From assembly GCA_963766715.1 (NCBI GenBank), contig CAVYBH010000008.1:64001-128000 (forward strand): DNA of 64,000 bases, read 5' to 3'. Both the position numbers and the translations under genes were made by a program. Shown in pieces: positions 55,064-64,000 of the stretch. The first letter of the stretch is position 1. Each line of letters begins with the position of its first letter. This DNA comes from an uncultured delta proteobacterium. GTDB lineage: Bacteria > Myxococcota > Myxococcia > Myxococcales > Anaeromyxobacteraceae. A model generated the notes under the pieces. The model saw nothing but the letters and a program-made list of their open reading frames with translations. It was not told where the DNA came from and did not search any database.

Positions 55064-55810
55064 TCAGGCCGGAGAGCCGGGCGGGGTCAGGTCGTCGTAG
55101 ATGCGGACCGTCGCGATGTGGCCGCCGACCGGATCGAGCCCGTAGGTGGCCATGCCGGCCTGGGGCTCGAAGCGGGCCTTCCCCCAGCGATCGCAGGCGT
55201 ACTCGGCGGCGAAGAGCTTGCCGTCGAAGGTGGCCGTGCAGTGCTTCACCGCGATCCCGCCCTCGCGGAAGGCCGCCTCGTAGAAGGCCCGGCGCGCCTC
55301 CGGGCCGGCGTGGAGGAAGGCGTCGCCGCTCGGCTCGCGCACCGTCGCACTTTCCGTGAACGTGGCCAGGATCGACTTGAGGTCGCCCTTCTCGAGCGCG
55401 TGGAAGTAGGCCTTCACGATGGCGGGCTCGGCCAGCCCGGCGACCGGCGGCAGGACGGCCTTGCGGACCGCGTGCTTCCCCTCCAGCGGCCAGGTGGAGT
55501 GGTAGACGCGGATCGAGGAGACCTTGCCCGCGTGGCAGGCGAAGACCACCGCCACCGGGAGGTCGATCTCCTCGCCCCCCAGGTCGAGGCGCAGCACGTA
55601 CTCGGTCACCGTTCGCTCGGGGACGGACACGGACGCCACCACCCGGGACACGGCCGCCCGCTCCCGCAGCCACTCCGACATCGAGGCGGCGAGCCGGCGC
55701 CAGGGCTGGGCGCCCCAGATCGGCGAGTCGGCGGCGACGTCATGGGCGAGCGGTCCCTTCCAGTCGTGGGCGTCGCTCGTGAGGCCTTCGAAGAACCTGG
55801 AGGTGTCCAT
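55064..55810 (-). CDS. Tandem SnoaL/NTF2-like domain protein
   Basis: MDTSRFFEGL...IRVYHSTWPL.GKHAVR, then IVKAYFHALEKGDLKSILATFTESATVREPSG...VRIYDD. Confidence 0.75.
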   Translation of the reverse strand: MDTSRFFEGLTSDAHDWKGPLAHDVAADSPIWGAQPWRRLAASMSEWLRERAAVSRVVASVSVPERTVTEYVLRLDLGGEEIDLPVAVVFACHAGKVSSIRVYHSTWPLEGKHAVRKAVLPPVAGLAEPAIVKAYFHALEKGDLKSILATFTESATVREPSGDAFLHAGPEARRAFYEAAFREGGIAVKHCTATFDGKLFAAEYACDRWGKARFEPQAGMATYGLDPVGGHIATVRIYDDLTPPGSPA

Positions 55811-55839
55811 GAACGTTGCCCGTCCTCTCGTGGCTGCGG

Positions 55840-56451
55840 CTACAGCAGGGGGAGCTGACCGCCCGGGGGGCGCACCGGCGCGGGGGCGGCGGAGATGGCG
55901 GAGACCACCCGCGGGACGTCGCGGGCGCCGAGCAGGTCCTCGGCCCGGAGCGCCGCGAACACGTCCTGCTCGTCCGGCCCGGACTGTCCGCGCGCCGCGG
56001 CCGAGGCCAGCGCGTCGCAGATCTCGTTCACCGGGTGCCCCACGTGGCCGCGCACCCAGGTGTAGCGCACGCGCAGCGCGGATTCGCGGGCCGAGAGCTC
56101 CTCGATGATGTCGCGGTTCAGCACCGGGCCGCCCGAGGCGGTCCGCCAGCCCTTCCGGCGCCACCCGTGGATCCACTTCGAGAGCGCGTCGATCACGTAG
56201 CGCGAATCGGACCGCGCCTCGACCGTCTCCCCGTCCGGGAGGCCGTGGAAGGCGTCGAGCATGGCCCGCAGCTCCATGCGGTTGTTGGTGACCCCGGCCG
56301 GGCCGTCGTCCACCCAGCGGGTCCCGCCGAAGCGGACCGCGAGCCGGGCCCGGTCGAGGACCACGTACCCGGTGCCACCGGGCCCCCCGGGGTTCACGAG
56401 CGAGGAGCCGTCGGTGAAGGCGACGAAGCGGGGGTGTCCGTGGGCGGCCAT
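55840..56451 (-). CDS. rnhA: Ribonuclease HI with a C-terminal extension
   Basis: [41 protein letters not shown] and [18 protein letters not shown]. Confidence 0.93.
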   Translation of the reverse strand: MAAHGHPRFVAFTDGSSLVNPGGPGGTGYVVLDRARLAVRFGGTRWVDDGPAGVTNNRMELRAMLDAFHGLPDGETVEARSDSRYVIDALSKWIHGWRRKGWRTASGGPVLNRDIIEELSARESALRVRYTWVRGHVGHPVNEICDALASAAARGQSGPDEQDVFAALRAEDLLGARDVPRVVSAISAAPAPVRPPGGQLPLL

Positions 56452-56509
56452 GCGGCGGCAGAGTACCCCGCCTCGGCCCGCGGCGCCCCCCTTCCCTGGA
56501 CGATTCCGC

Positions 56510-57743
56510 TCAGGCGGCCGTCTTCACGAACTCGACGCGCCGGTTGTTGGCCCGTCCCTCGGCCGTGTCGTTCTGGTCGATCGGCTTCGACTGCCCGAGC
56601 CCCTTCGAGGTCAGGCGGCCGCCGTCGATCCCCTGCTTCACCAGCCAGGCCTTCACCGACGCGGCGCGCCGCTCGGACAGCGGGCCGTTCACCTTGGGTC
56701 CGCCCTGGTCGTCGGTGTGCCCCTCGATGGAGAACTTGAGGGCCGGGTCCTCGGTGAGGAGCGCCAGGATGGACCGGAGCGTCGGGCCGGACTCGGGCTT
56801 GATCACGTCGGAGCCGGTGTCGAAGAGGATGCCGTGGGTGACGATCCGCCCCTCGCCGGCGAGCATCTGCTTGGCCGGCTTGCCGCCCTCGGCGAGCCGG
56901 AAGCCGGTGAACATCTGGTGGTCGCCGCTCTTCTGGTAGGGCTGGTCGAAGGTGATCCCGATGCGCTTGATGGGGCGCACCACGCCGTCGGGGTCGGAGA
57001 CGACGCGCTCGCCGGCGACGTAGAGCTTCACCTGGGTGCCGCTCACCGCGATGGCCACGTGCTGGATCCCGGCCTTCACGGGGAGCTCGCCCGTTGGCGT
57101 TGGAGGTCCTGGCGATGCCGTCCTCGCGGGCCTTCATCTCGATCTCCTGGCCGCCGAATCCAGCCCTTCGTGGTGGTGAAGTTCACCGAGAGTCGCCGGC
57201 GATGTCGGCGTCGAACTCGATGGTGAAGTTCTTCGGCATGTCGCCCTTGATCTCGTAGCGGAGCCAGTGCACGGGAGGACTGCTGGTTGTGCTCCATGTA
57301 GCGCGACTTCACGAAGTGCCGGTCGCCGACCTGGACCACCTCCACCTGGTTCCCGCCTCCGCCCTTGATGGTCCACTTGGCGGGATACTCGCCGACGTCG
57401 GTGTCGGAGAAGTCGTCGTAGACGAGCACCTTGTCGCCCGGGACGAAGTCGTAGCGGTTGCCGTAGACCTCTCCTGCGGCGCGGCTGGGCGGCGGCGCCC
57501 GTCGCCTGCGGTGCAGCCTCGGAGCCCTCGCCCTGCGCCGGCATCGGGAGTGGCGGCCGGCGTCGAGGCCGGCGCCTGCTTGGCGGGCTGCGCGGCAGGA
57601 GCGGGCTTGGCGGCGTCCCGGGCCGCCTTCTCGGCCGCGTCGGCCGCGGTCCGCTGTGCGCGGTTCAGGAGGTCGCCGAACTGGGCGTGGGCAGGTGCGG
57701 CGACGAGCAACGCTGCGCAGAGGACTGCGGTCCTTGGCGACAT
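56510..57743 (-). CDS. Secreted OmpA-family protein with an N-terminal beta-sandwich region (frameshifted)
   Basis: Signal ending [40 protein letters not shown] and [10 protein letters not shown]. Confidence 0.88.
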
Positions 57744-57836
57744 GGTTTCCCCCTCGAGTTGCAAGGGAATTCTAGGGGACGCCGGGAGCGGCGAGGTCAC
57801 CGCTCCTGGGGTGCCCCTTGGGGGTGTACCCGGGTG

Positions 57837-58480
57837 CTACCCGGCCGGGCGGAGGGCCCGCGACCGGCAGAGGGGCGCGCAGAGCCCGCACCCGGTGCAG
57901 ACGGCCGGATCGACGGCGACCGACTCCTCGCCCCGCGTCCGATATCGCCGGACAGGCCAGCGAGAGGCACGCCCCGCAGCGGTTGCAGAGGGAGGCCTCC
58001 ACGACCAGCGGCACCGCGCGGGGCAGGTTGCGGACGCACGGCGAGAGCGCGACGAGGACCGCACCCGGCCTCTCCACGGCCTCCCGGACCCGGTTCTCGG
58101 TGGCGGCCGGGTCGCGGAGGTCGAGCCGGACGACCGACGCCCCCGCGCGAACCAGCGAGTCCTCCAGCGCGGTGGAGCGAACGGGGCCGACCCCGTCGGC
58201 GACGACCAGGAAGCGGGCCCCTGCGCGGCCGACCTCGTCGAGGAGCGCCGGCGCGCCGTCCACGAGGAGGCGCGAGGCCCCGGTCACGGCGCACCATCGC
58301 CCGGCCGCGGCCGCGAAGCGATCCTCCGCGCCGGGGTCGCAGCCGATGGCCGCCCTGCACCTCCAGGCCCGAGCGCCGGAGCGCGCGCAGCAAGGCCAGC
58401 TGCGGGCACCCTGCGCATCCCTCGTCGGCCGCGGGACGACCGGAGGAGAGCACGCGGGGCCTGGCGACGGGGGGGCTCAT
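57837..58480 (-). CDS. Small 4Fe-4S dicluster protein resembling the C-terminal part of IorA (frameshifted)
   Basis: CAGCPQ, ALSPC, CNRCGACLSLACPAI and AVDPAVCTGCGLCAPLC. Confidence 0.65.
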
Positions 58481-58502
58481 CGGGCGTGCTTGCCATGGAC
58501 CG

Positions 58503-59392
58503 TCAGGGACCGCGGGCGGCGAGCAGCCGGCTGCCCACCCAGTGGGTCGCGAACTGGAGGGCGATGCGGCCGCTCTGGTCCCCCTTCTTCAGCGCCCAGT
58601 CCACCGCGGCGGCCTCGGACTCGCGGCCCCAGGACAGCTCCGCGCCCGCGCGCTCCACGAGCCGCTCGGTCCACTGCCGGGCCACGGCCAGGTACTGCTC
58701 CCGCGTGAAGGAGTGGAACCCGACCCAGAGGCCGAACCGCCCCGAGAGCGAGATCTTCTCCTCCACGGCCTCGCCGTGGTGGATCTCGTTGTTGTGCAGG
58801 ATCGCCCCGAGGTTGTCGGTCTCGAACTCGGGCAGCATGTGGCGCCGGTTCGAGGTCACGTAGATGAGCACGTTGTCCGGGGCGGCGTAGACGGAGCCGT
58901 CGAGGGCGCTCTTCAGCATCTTGTAGCTCGACTCGCCAATCTCGAAGGACACGTCGTCCGAGAAGACCAGGAAGCGGAACGGCTGGTCGCGCACGCCGTC
59001 CACGATCGCCGGGAGGTGGACGAGGTCGTCCTTGTCCACCTGGATGACCCGAGGCCCTGGGGGGCATAGGTGCCGAGGAGCGCGCGGACGAGGGACGACT
59101 TCCCGGTGCCCCGCGTTCCCCAGAGGAGCACGTTGTTGGCGGGGAACCCGGCCAGGAACTGCCGCGTGTTCTCCTCCACCACCCGCTTCTGCTCGTCGAT
59201 GCCCAGGAGGTCGGGCAGCCGGATGGGCTCGCCGGCCGGGATGGGCTCGAGGTACCCGGTCAGGGAGTGGCGCCGCCAGTTGGCGGCATGGGTCTCCCGC
59301 CAGGCGATGGGCGGGACCGGCCTGGGCAGGAGCATCTCGAGCGAGCCCAGGACCCGCCGGAGCTGGTCCTGGACGTCGGGGTCCAGTGGCAT
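58503..59392 (-). CDS. DUF815 family AAA+ ATPase (one frameshift)
   Basis: LLGIDEQK...ENTRQFLAGFPANNVLLWGTRGTGKSS, FSDDVSFE, YVTSNRRH and EEKISLSGRFGLW. Confidence 0.92.
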
Positions 59393-59408
59393 CGGGCCAG
59401 TGTAGACG

Positions 59409-59636
59409 CTAGCGCTCCGGCCACACCAGGTGACGCAGTCCGAACAGCGTGAGCGCGGCCCCGGCGCCGAGCTCCCAGGACGGCCACCGTCCCAGGAACG
59501 CCAGCCCGGCCAGCGGGACGAGCCCGACGACGAGCAGCGCGAACGCCAGCCAGTCCCGTTCGGCGTCGGTCGCGGACGGGGGAGCGACGGCCTTCGAAAC
59601 GGGAACCATCCGGAGTGGTGGGACGTGGGCGTTCAT
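59409..59636 (-). CDS. Small two-TM hypothetical membrane protein
   Basis: 75-aa ORF with two hydrophobic segments, a GAGG RBS and an upstream sigma54-like motif. Confidence 0.55.
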   Translation of the reverse strand: MNAHVPPLRMVPVSKAVAPPSATDAERDWLAFALLVVGLVPLAGLAFLGRWPSWELGAGAALTLFGLRHLVWPER

Positions 59637-59682
59637 GGGTAGCCTCGGTCCAGAGGCTAGCCACCGCGGCGTCAGTCCGGTG

Positions 59683-59697
59683 GCAAGGTTCGTGCCC
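59683..59697 (-). promoter_or_regulatory. Candidate sigma54 -24/-12 promoter
   Basis: Minus strand reads GGGCACGAACCTTGC (GGCACG-N4-TTGC), 47 bp upstream of the ATG at 59636. Confidence 0.55.
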
Positions 59698-59703
59698 GGA
59701 GCA

Positions 59704-59787
59704 TCAAGAGTCGATCAAGGGCGCGAGCGCCCCTTCATGCCACCCCCATCTTGACGCGTTCTTGACACCTGGACGCCTCCTCTTGAC
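59704..59787. promoter_or_regulatory. Candidate OmpR/KdpE-type direct-repeat operators
   Basis: CTTGAC at 59750, 59761 and 59782 (spacing 11 and 21). TCAAG, the reverse complement of CTTGA, at 59704 and 59715 (spacing 11). Confidence 0.5.
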
Positions 59788-59878
59788 CTATCCCTGAGGC
59801 GAGCGCGCCTATCCTCTCGGTCCGCGGAACGGAGGGTTTACTCCCACCTCCACGGTGCGCTGCAGGAGGTCGTTCGGC

Positions 59879-61917
59879 ATGGCAGTCCAGAACCCGGCGG
59901 GGCCCGGTCCGACACCGGAACCGGCGCCGGGAGCCGGTGTCTACCCGGCGCGACACGCTGCGCCGCGTCCTCTTCGGTGCGCCCCGGGACATCAACGACC
60001 CGCGGACCTACCACAGCGTGTCGCTCATCGCGCTGCTGGCCTGGGTGGGGCTCGGCGCCGACGGCCTCTCCTCCTCCGCCTACGGTCCCGACGAGCTCTA
60101 CCGGGCCATCGGGGGCCTGCACTTCCTGGCCCCCGCCCTGGCGCTCGCGACCGCCGGCACGGTGCTCCTCATCTCGCTCGCCTACTCGCGGATCATCGAG
60201 CACTTCCCCTTCGGCGGAGGCGGCTACGTGGTGGCCACGCAGGCTCCTCGGATCGGGAGCCGGCCTGGTCTCGGGATCGGCGCTGCTCGTCGACTACGTG
60301 CTCACGATCTCCGTGTCGATCGCCGCGGGCGGCGAGGCGATGTGGAGCTTCCTCCCCCCGCACCTGGCCGTCTGGAAGGTGCCGGCCGAGGCCGCGGCCA
60401 TCGTGCTCCTCGTGGTGCTGAACCTCCGGGGCGTGAAGGAATCGGTGAGCGTGCTGGCCCCCATCTTCGCGCTCTTCCTGGTGACCCACGCGGTCCTGAT
60501 CTTCGGCGGGGTGGGGAGCCACATCGCCGAGGTCCCGGTCATCGCGCCGGAGCTCGTCCGCGAGGGGCGGAGCGCGCTGGGATCGATGGGGTGGATGGCG
60601 ATCGCGGGGATCTTCGTCTACGCCTACTCGATGGGCGCCGGCACCTACACCGGCATCGAGGCGGTGTCGAACGGCCTCGCCATCATGCGCGAGCCGCGCG
60701 TGGCCACCGCCAAGCGGACGATGGCGTACATGGCCATCTCGCTGTCGGTGACCGCCGGCGGCATCCTGCTCGCCTACCTCCTCTTCCGCGTGGCGCCCGA
60801 GGAGGGAAAGACGATGAACGCCGTCCTCCTCGAGAACTTCGCGGGGAAGTGGCAGCTGGGGAGCCTTCCGGTGGGGCGGTGGTTCGTCACCGGGACGTTG
60901 ATGGTGGAGGCGGCGCTCCTCTTCGTCGCCGCCCAGGCCGGCTTCCTGGACGGTCCGCGCGTCATGTCGAACATGGCCACCGACAGCTGGCTCCCGCACC
61001 GGTTCGCCTCGCTCTCCGACCGGCTCGTCACGCAGTCCGGCGTGCTGCTCATGGGCGGGGCCAGCCTGGTCACGCTGGTCCTCACCGGCGGCCACCTGGA
61101 CCAGCTCGTCACGATGTACTCGATCAACGTCTTCGTGACCTTCTCGCTCTCCCAGGCGGCCATGCTGAAGTTCCAGTGGACGCACCAGGAACGGCGGCGC
61201 CGCCAGGACCTCGTCCTCCACTCCCTCGCCTTCCTGCTCTGCGCCGGGATCCTGGTGGGCATCGTGTCGCAGAAGTTCACCGCGGGTGGCTGGGTCACGA
61301 TCGTGGTCACCGGCGCCGTGGTGGCGCTCTGCTTCTGGATCCGCCGTCACTATCGCGAGGTGCAGGGTCATCTCGGACGGCTCGACGCGATCATGGCGGC
61401 GCTGCCGGCGGCGCCTCCGGGGCCTCCGCGTCCGGTCGACCCGAAGGCGCCCACCGCGGTGATGCTGGTGGGGTCGTACGCCGGGCTCGGGGTCCACGCG
61501 CTGCTCACCGTGCAGCGCCTCTTCCCCAACCACTTCAAGAACGTGATCTTCCTGTCGGTGGGCGTGATCGACGCCGCCACCATGAAGGGGGTCGAGGAGG
61601 TCGACCGGGTTCGCATCCGCACCGAGGCCTCCCTGCAGCAGTACGTCGACCTCGCCCGGCGCCTCGGGCTCGCCGCCGACTACCGGACGTCGGTCGCCAC
61701 CGAGGCCGTGGCGGAGGCCGAGCGACTGGCCCTCGAGGTGAGCCGCGAGTTCCCCCGCTCGGTCTTCTTCGCGGGCAAGCTCATCTTCAAGGAGGAGCGC
61801 TTCTACCAGCGGCTGCTCCACAACGAGACCGCCTACTCGCTCCAGCGCCGGCTGCAGTTCGCCGGGATGAACGCGATGGTCCTTCCCGTCCGGGTGACGA
61901 TGGACGCGCCCTCCTAG
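59879..61917 (+). CDS. APC-superfamily transporter, KimA/Kup-like probable K+ importer (frameshifts near the 5' end)
   Basis: AGGAGGT RBS. GADGLSSSAYG, FPFGGGGYVVA, ALLVDYVLTISVSIA, LNLRGVKES, YTGIEAVSNG and a cytoplasmic tail with QRLLHNETA. Confidence 0.88.
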
Positions 61918-62643
61918 GACGGCGCGGAGCCGACGGGCGGGGGCCCTGCATCCTCGGCGAGGCGGTAGCCGACGCCAGGCTCGGTGAGCAGGAGGCGGGG
62001 GCGCGAGGGATTCCGCCTCCAGCTTCTTGCGCAGCTCCGCCATGTAGACCCGGACGTAGTGACTCTGCGACGAGGCGTTCGGGCCCCAGACCTCGCGCAG
62101 GATCTGGGCGTGGGTGAGCACCTTCCCGGCGTGGCGCGCCAGCAGGGCCATCAGCCGCCACTCGATGGGCGTGAGCTTCACGGGACGCCCGTCCACCGTG
62201 GCCTCGTGCCGCTCCAGGTCCATCCGGAGCGCGCCGGCCGCGAGGACCGGGCTGTCCGGCGCCGCGCCGGCCCGGACGTGGCGGAGCGCGACGCGAAGCC
62301 TGGCCAGCAATTCCTTCGTCCCGAAGGGCTTCGGGAGGTAGTCGTCGGCGCCTGCGTCGAGCGCCGCCACCTTGTCGTCCTCCCGGCCCCGGGCGGAGAC
62401 CACGATCACGGGGACCGACGACCATTCGCGAACCTGCCGCACCAGGTCGAGGCCGTCGCCGTCGGGAAGGCCCAGGTCGAGAAGGACCGCGTCCGGGTGC
62501 TCGGCCGTCACCATGCGCACGCCGTCCGCCACCGTCCAGGCCTCCTGGACCCGGTACCCCTCCGCGCCGAGCGAGGCGCGCAGGAACCTTCGCATCTGCG
62601 GCTCGTCCTCCACGACCAGGATCGTGGGCTGGGACTCGGTCAC
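61914..62643 (-). CDS. kdpE: KdpE-like OmpR-family response regulator
   Basis: LVVEDEPQMRRFL, LLDLGLPDGDG, KVAALDAGADDY, LTHAQILREVWGP, YVRVYMAELRKKLE and TEPGVGYRL. Its stop overlaps the convergent transporter stop. Confidence 0.92.
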
Positions 62644-63750
62644 GGGGATCCCCTCCTCGACGCGTCGATGGTATCGGCTTCCGGCTCTTCCGGCACGGCC
62701 GGCGACGCACCGTCCCCGGGCAGGACGAGGCGGAAGGCGGCTCCGCCCCCGGGACGGGCCGACACCCGCAGGGTGCCGCCGTGCACCTCGGCGATGGCCC
62801 GGGCGATGGCGAGCCCCAACCCGGCGCCCTGGCCGGTGGCCCGCCCCCCCCGGTGGAAGCGCTCGAAGACCGCGTCCTCCTCGCCGGGCTTCACGCCGGG
62901 CCCGCGGTCGGAGACCTCCAGGACGAGCCCGCCCGCCCCGCCCTCCGCGAGGACCCGCACCTCGGTGCCCGGCGGGGTGTGTCGCGCGGCGTTCTCCAGC
63001 AGGTTCACCAGGAGCTGTTCCACGAGGACGGGGTCCACCCGCACGAGAGCCGGGGTTCGCGGGATCTCGGTGCGAACGACGTGGCGGGCGAGCGTCCCCT
63101 CCGTCCTCGAGAGCGCGGCCCCGACCAGCTCGTCCACGGGGACCCATTCCCGCCGCAACGCCACGGCGCCGGAGGCGAGCCGGGTCATGTCGAGGAGGTT
63201 CGCGACGAGCCGCTCCATCCGATCCGCCTCGTCGCAGATCGCCTCGACGAGCTCCCGGCGCGTGGTCTCGTCGACCGCCTGGTCGCGGAGGGTGGTGGCG
63301 GCCCCGGTGATGGCCGCGAGCGGCGTGCGCAGGTCGTGCGAGACCGAGGAGAGCAGCGTGCCGCGCAGCGCCTCCGACTCGGCCCGCACCGCGGCCTCGC
63401 GAGCCCGGTCGGCGAGCGAGCTCACCGAGCAGGCCGATCCCGAACATCATCGCGAAGGTGAAGAGGTAGCGGGGATCGGCGACGTTGAGGGTGTAGGTCG
63501 GCGGCACGAAGAAGAAGTCGTACGCCACCACCCCCACCACCGCGGACGCGATGGCCGGGCCGCGTCCGAGGAAGACCGCGGAGACGAGGACCACCACGAC
63601 GTAGAGCATCTCCACGTCGGGCACGTCGAGCACGGCCCGGGCGGCGGCGCCGACGGCGGTGGTCGCCACCACGAGCGCCACGGCTCCCAGGTAACCGAGC
63701 CAGCCGCTCCCCCGGCGGGCGGTGCGGCGAGACGCGGAGGGCACGGTCAC
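62640..63750 (-). CDS. Minimal KdpD-like histidine kinase (DUF4118 TM + HisKA + HATPase; one frameshift)
   Basis: MLYVVVV...AYDFFFVPPTYTL, LLSSVSHDLRTPLAAI, NLLDMTRL, NLLENA, DRGPG and GAGLGLAI. Confidence 0.88.
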
Positions 63751-63800
63751 GCCCGCATCAGAGCGCGTCCGGTGCGTGCGTCAAGTGCGGAGCCCGGCCT

Positions 63801-63836
63801 GGAACGGGAAGAGGCCCCTCGGGGCCTCTTCGTTCC
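63801..63836. terminator. Strong GC-rich hairpin, terminator-like
   Basis: GAAGAGGCCC-CTCG-GGGCCTCTTC (63808-63831), extendable by GGAAC/GTTCC. The U-tract is weak. Confidence 0.45.
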
Positions 63837-64000
63837 TGCGCTTCCTGTTGGACGCTCATGGGCGAGCGCTGATCCGGCTCACGCCGGTGGAGACTGCGAG
63901 TCTGTCGTTTGCTGCGACGGCTCCGCTATCTCGACCTCCTCGGTGACGAATCGTGTGATCCGATGATGTGCCTCCCCACGAGGAGGCGCAAGTCGCACCC

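Noticed and set aside
60193..63750. 1185-aa ORF joining the KdpD TM region, KdpE and a long tail
   Set aside because: It is a chimera of frames produced by indels near 63425 and 62005, and the tail is antisense to the transporter.
63840..64000. Lower-GC terminal stretch considered as an ncRNA
   Set aside because: No tRNA, tmRNA, RNase P, SRP or 6S hallmarks were recognised. It may be the 3' end of a gene outside the window.

Overview
A high-GC window that reads like an Anaeromyxobacter-type myxobacterium (inferred from composition and gene content, not verified). Most long genes carry 1-bp indels that look like long-read consensus errors, so frameshifted genes were stitched by hand and their coordinates are approximate. 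Bases 1 to ~42.8 kb form a Wzx/Wzy-type exopolysaccharide (EPS) locus: Wzz-like co-polymerase, Wzx, Wzy, three GT2, GT4, PssD/PssE-type GT, acetyl/acyl transferases and a deacetylase. The locus unusually also contains (i) an NRPS, T-C-A-T-C-A-T-TE, whose two A-T units are a near-identical 1.75-kb duplication with a glycine-type code and whose TE has Cys as nucleophile; (ii) an AMP-ligase / NadE-like / AsnB-like / ACP cassette; (iii) paired SGNH-like and paired clan-A glycoside-hydrolase-like enzymes, each pair with one soluble and one Ig-stalked lipoprotein copy; and (iv) two large repeat lipoproteins, one with the same unrecognised head domain at both ends of an 11-repeat rod. The best candidate for a new system is carrier-protein-based peptidyl/amide decoration of a surface polysaccharide. 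The remainder (42.9-64 kb) is mostly housekeeping: PaaI thioesterase, LarA-like enzyme, DUF72, L,D-transpeptidase with YcbK, PRTase, Lon-like protease, fhs, ftsH, RNase HI ending in a beta-clamp-like motif, OmpA, DUF815 ATPase, and a KimA-like K+ transporter convergent with KdpE and a minimal KdpD. No rRNA, tRNA, CRISPR array or transposase was recognised.
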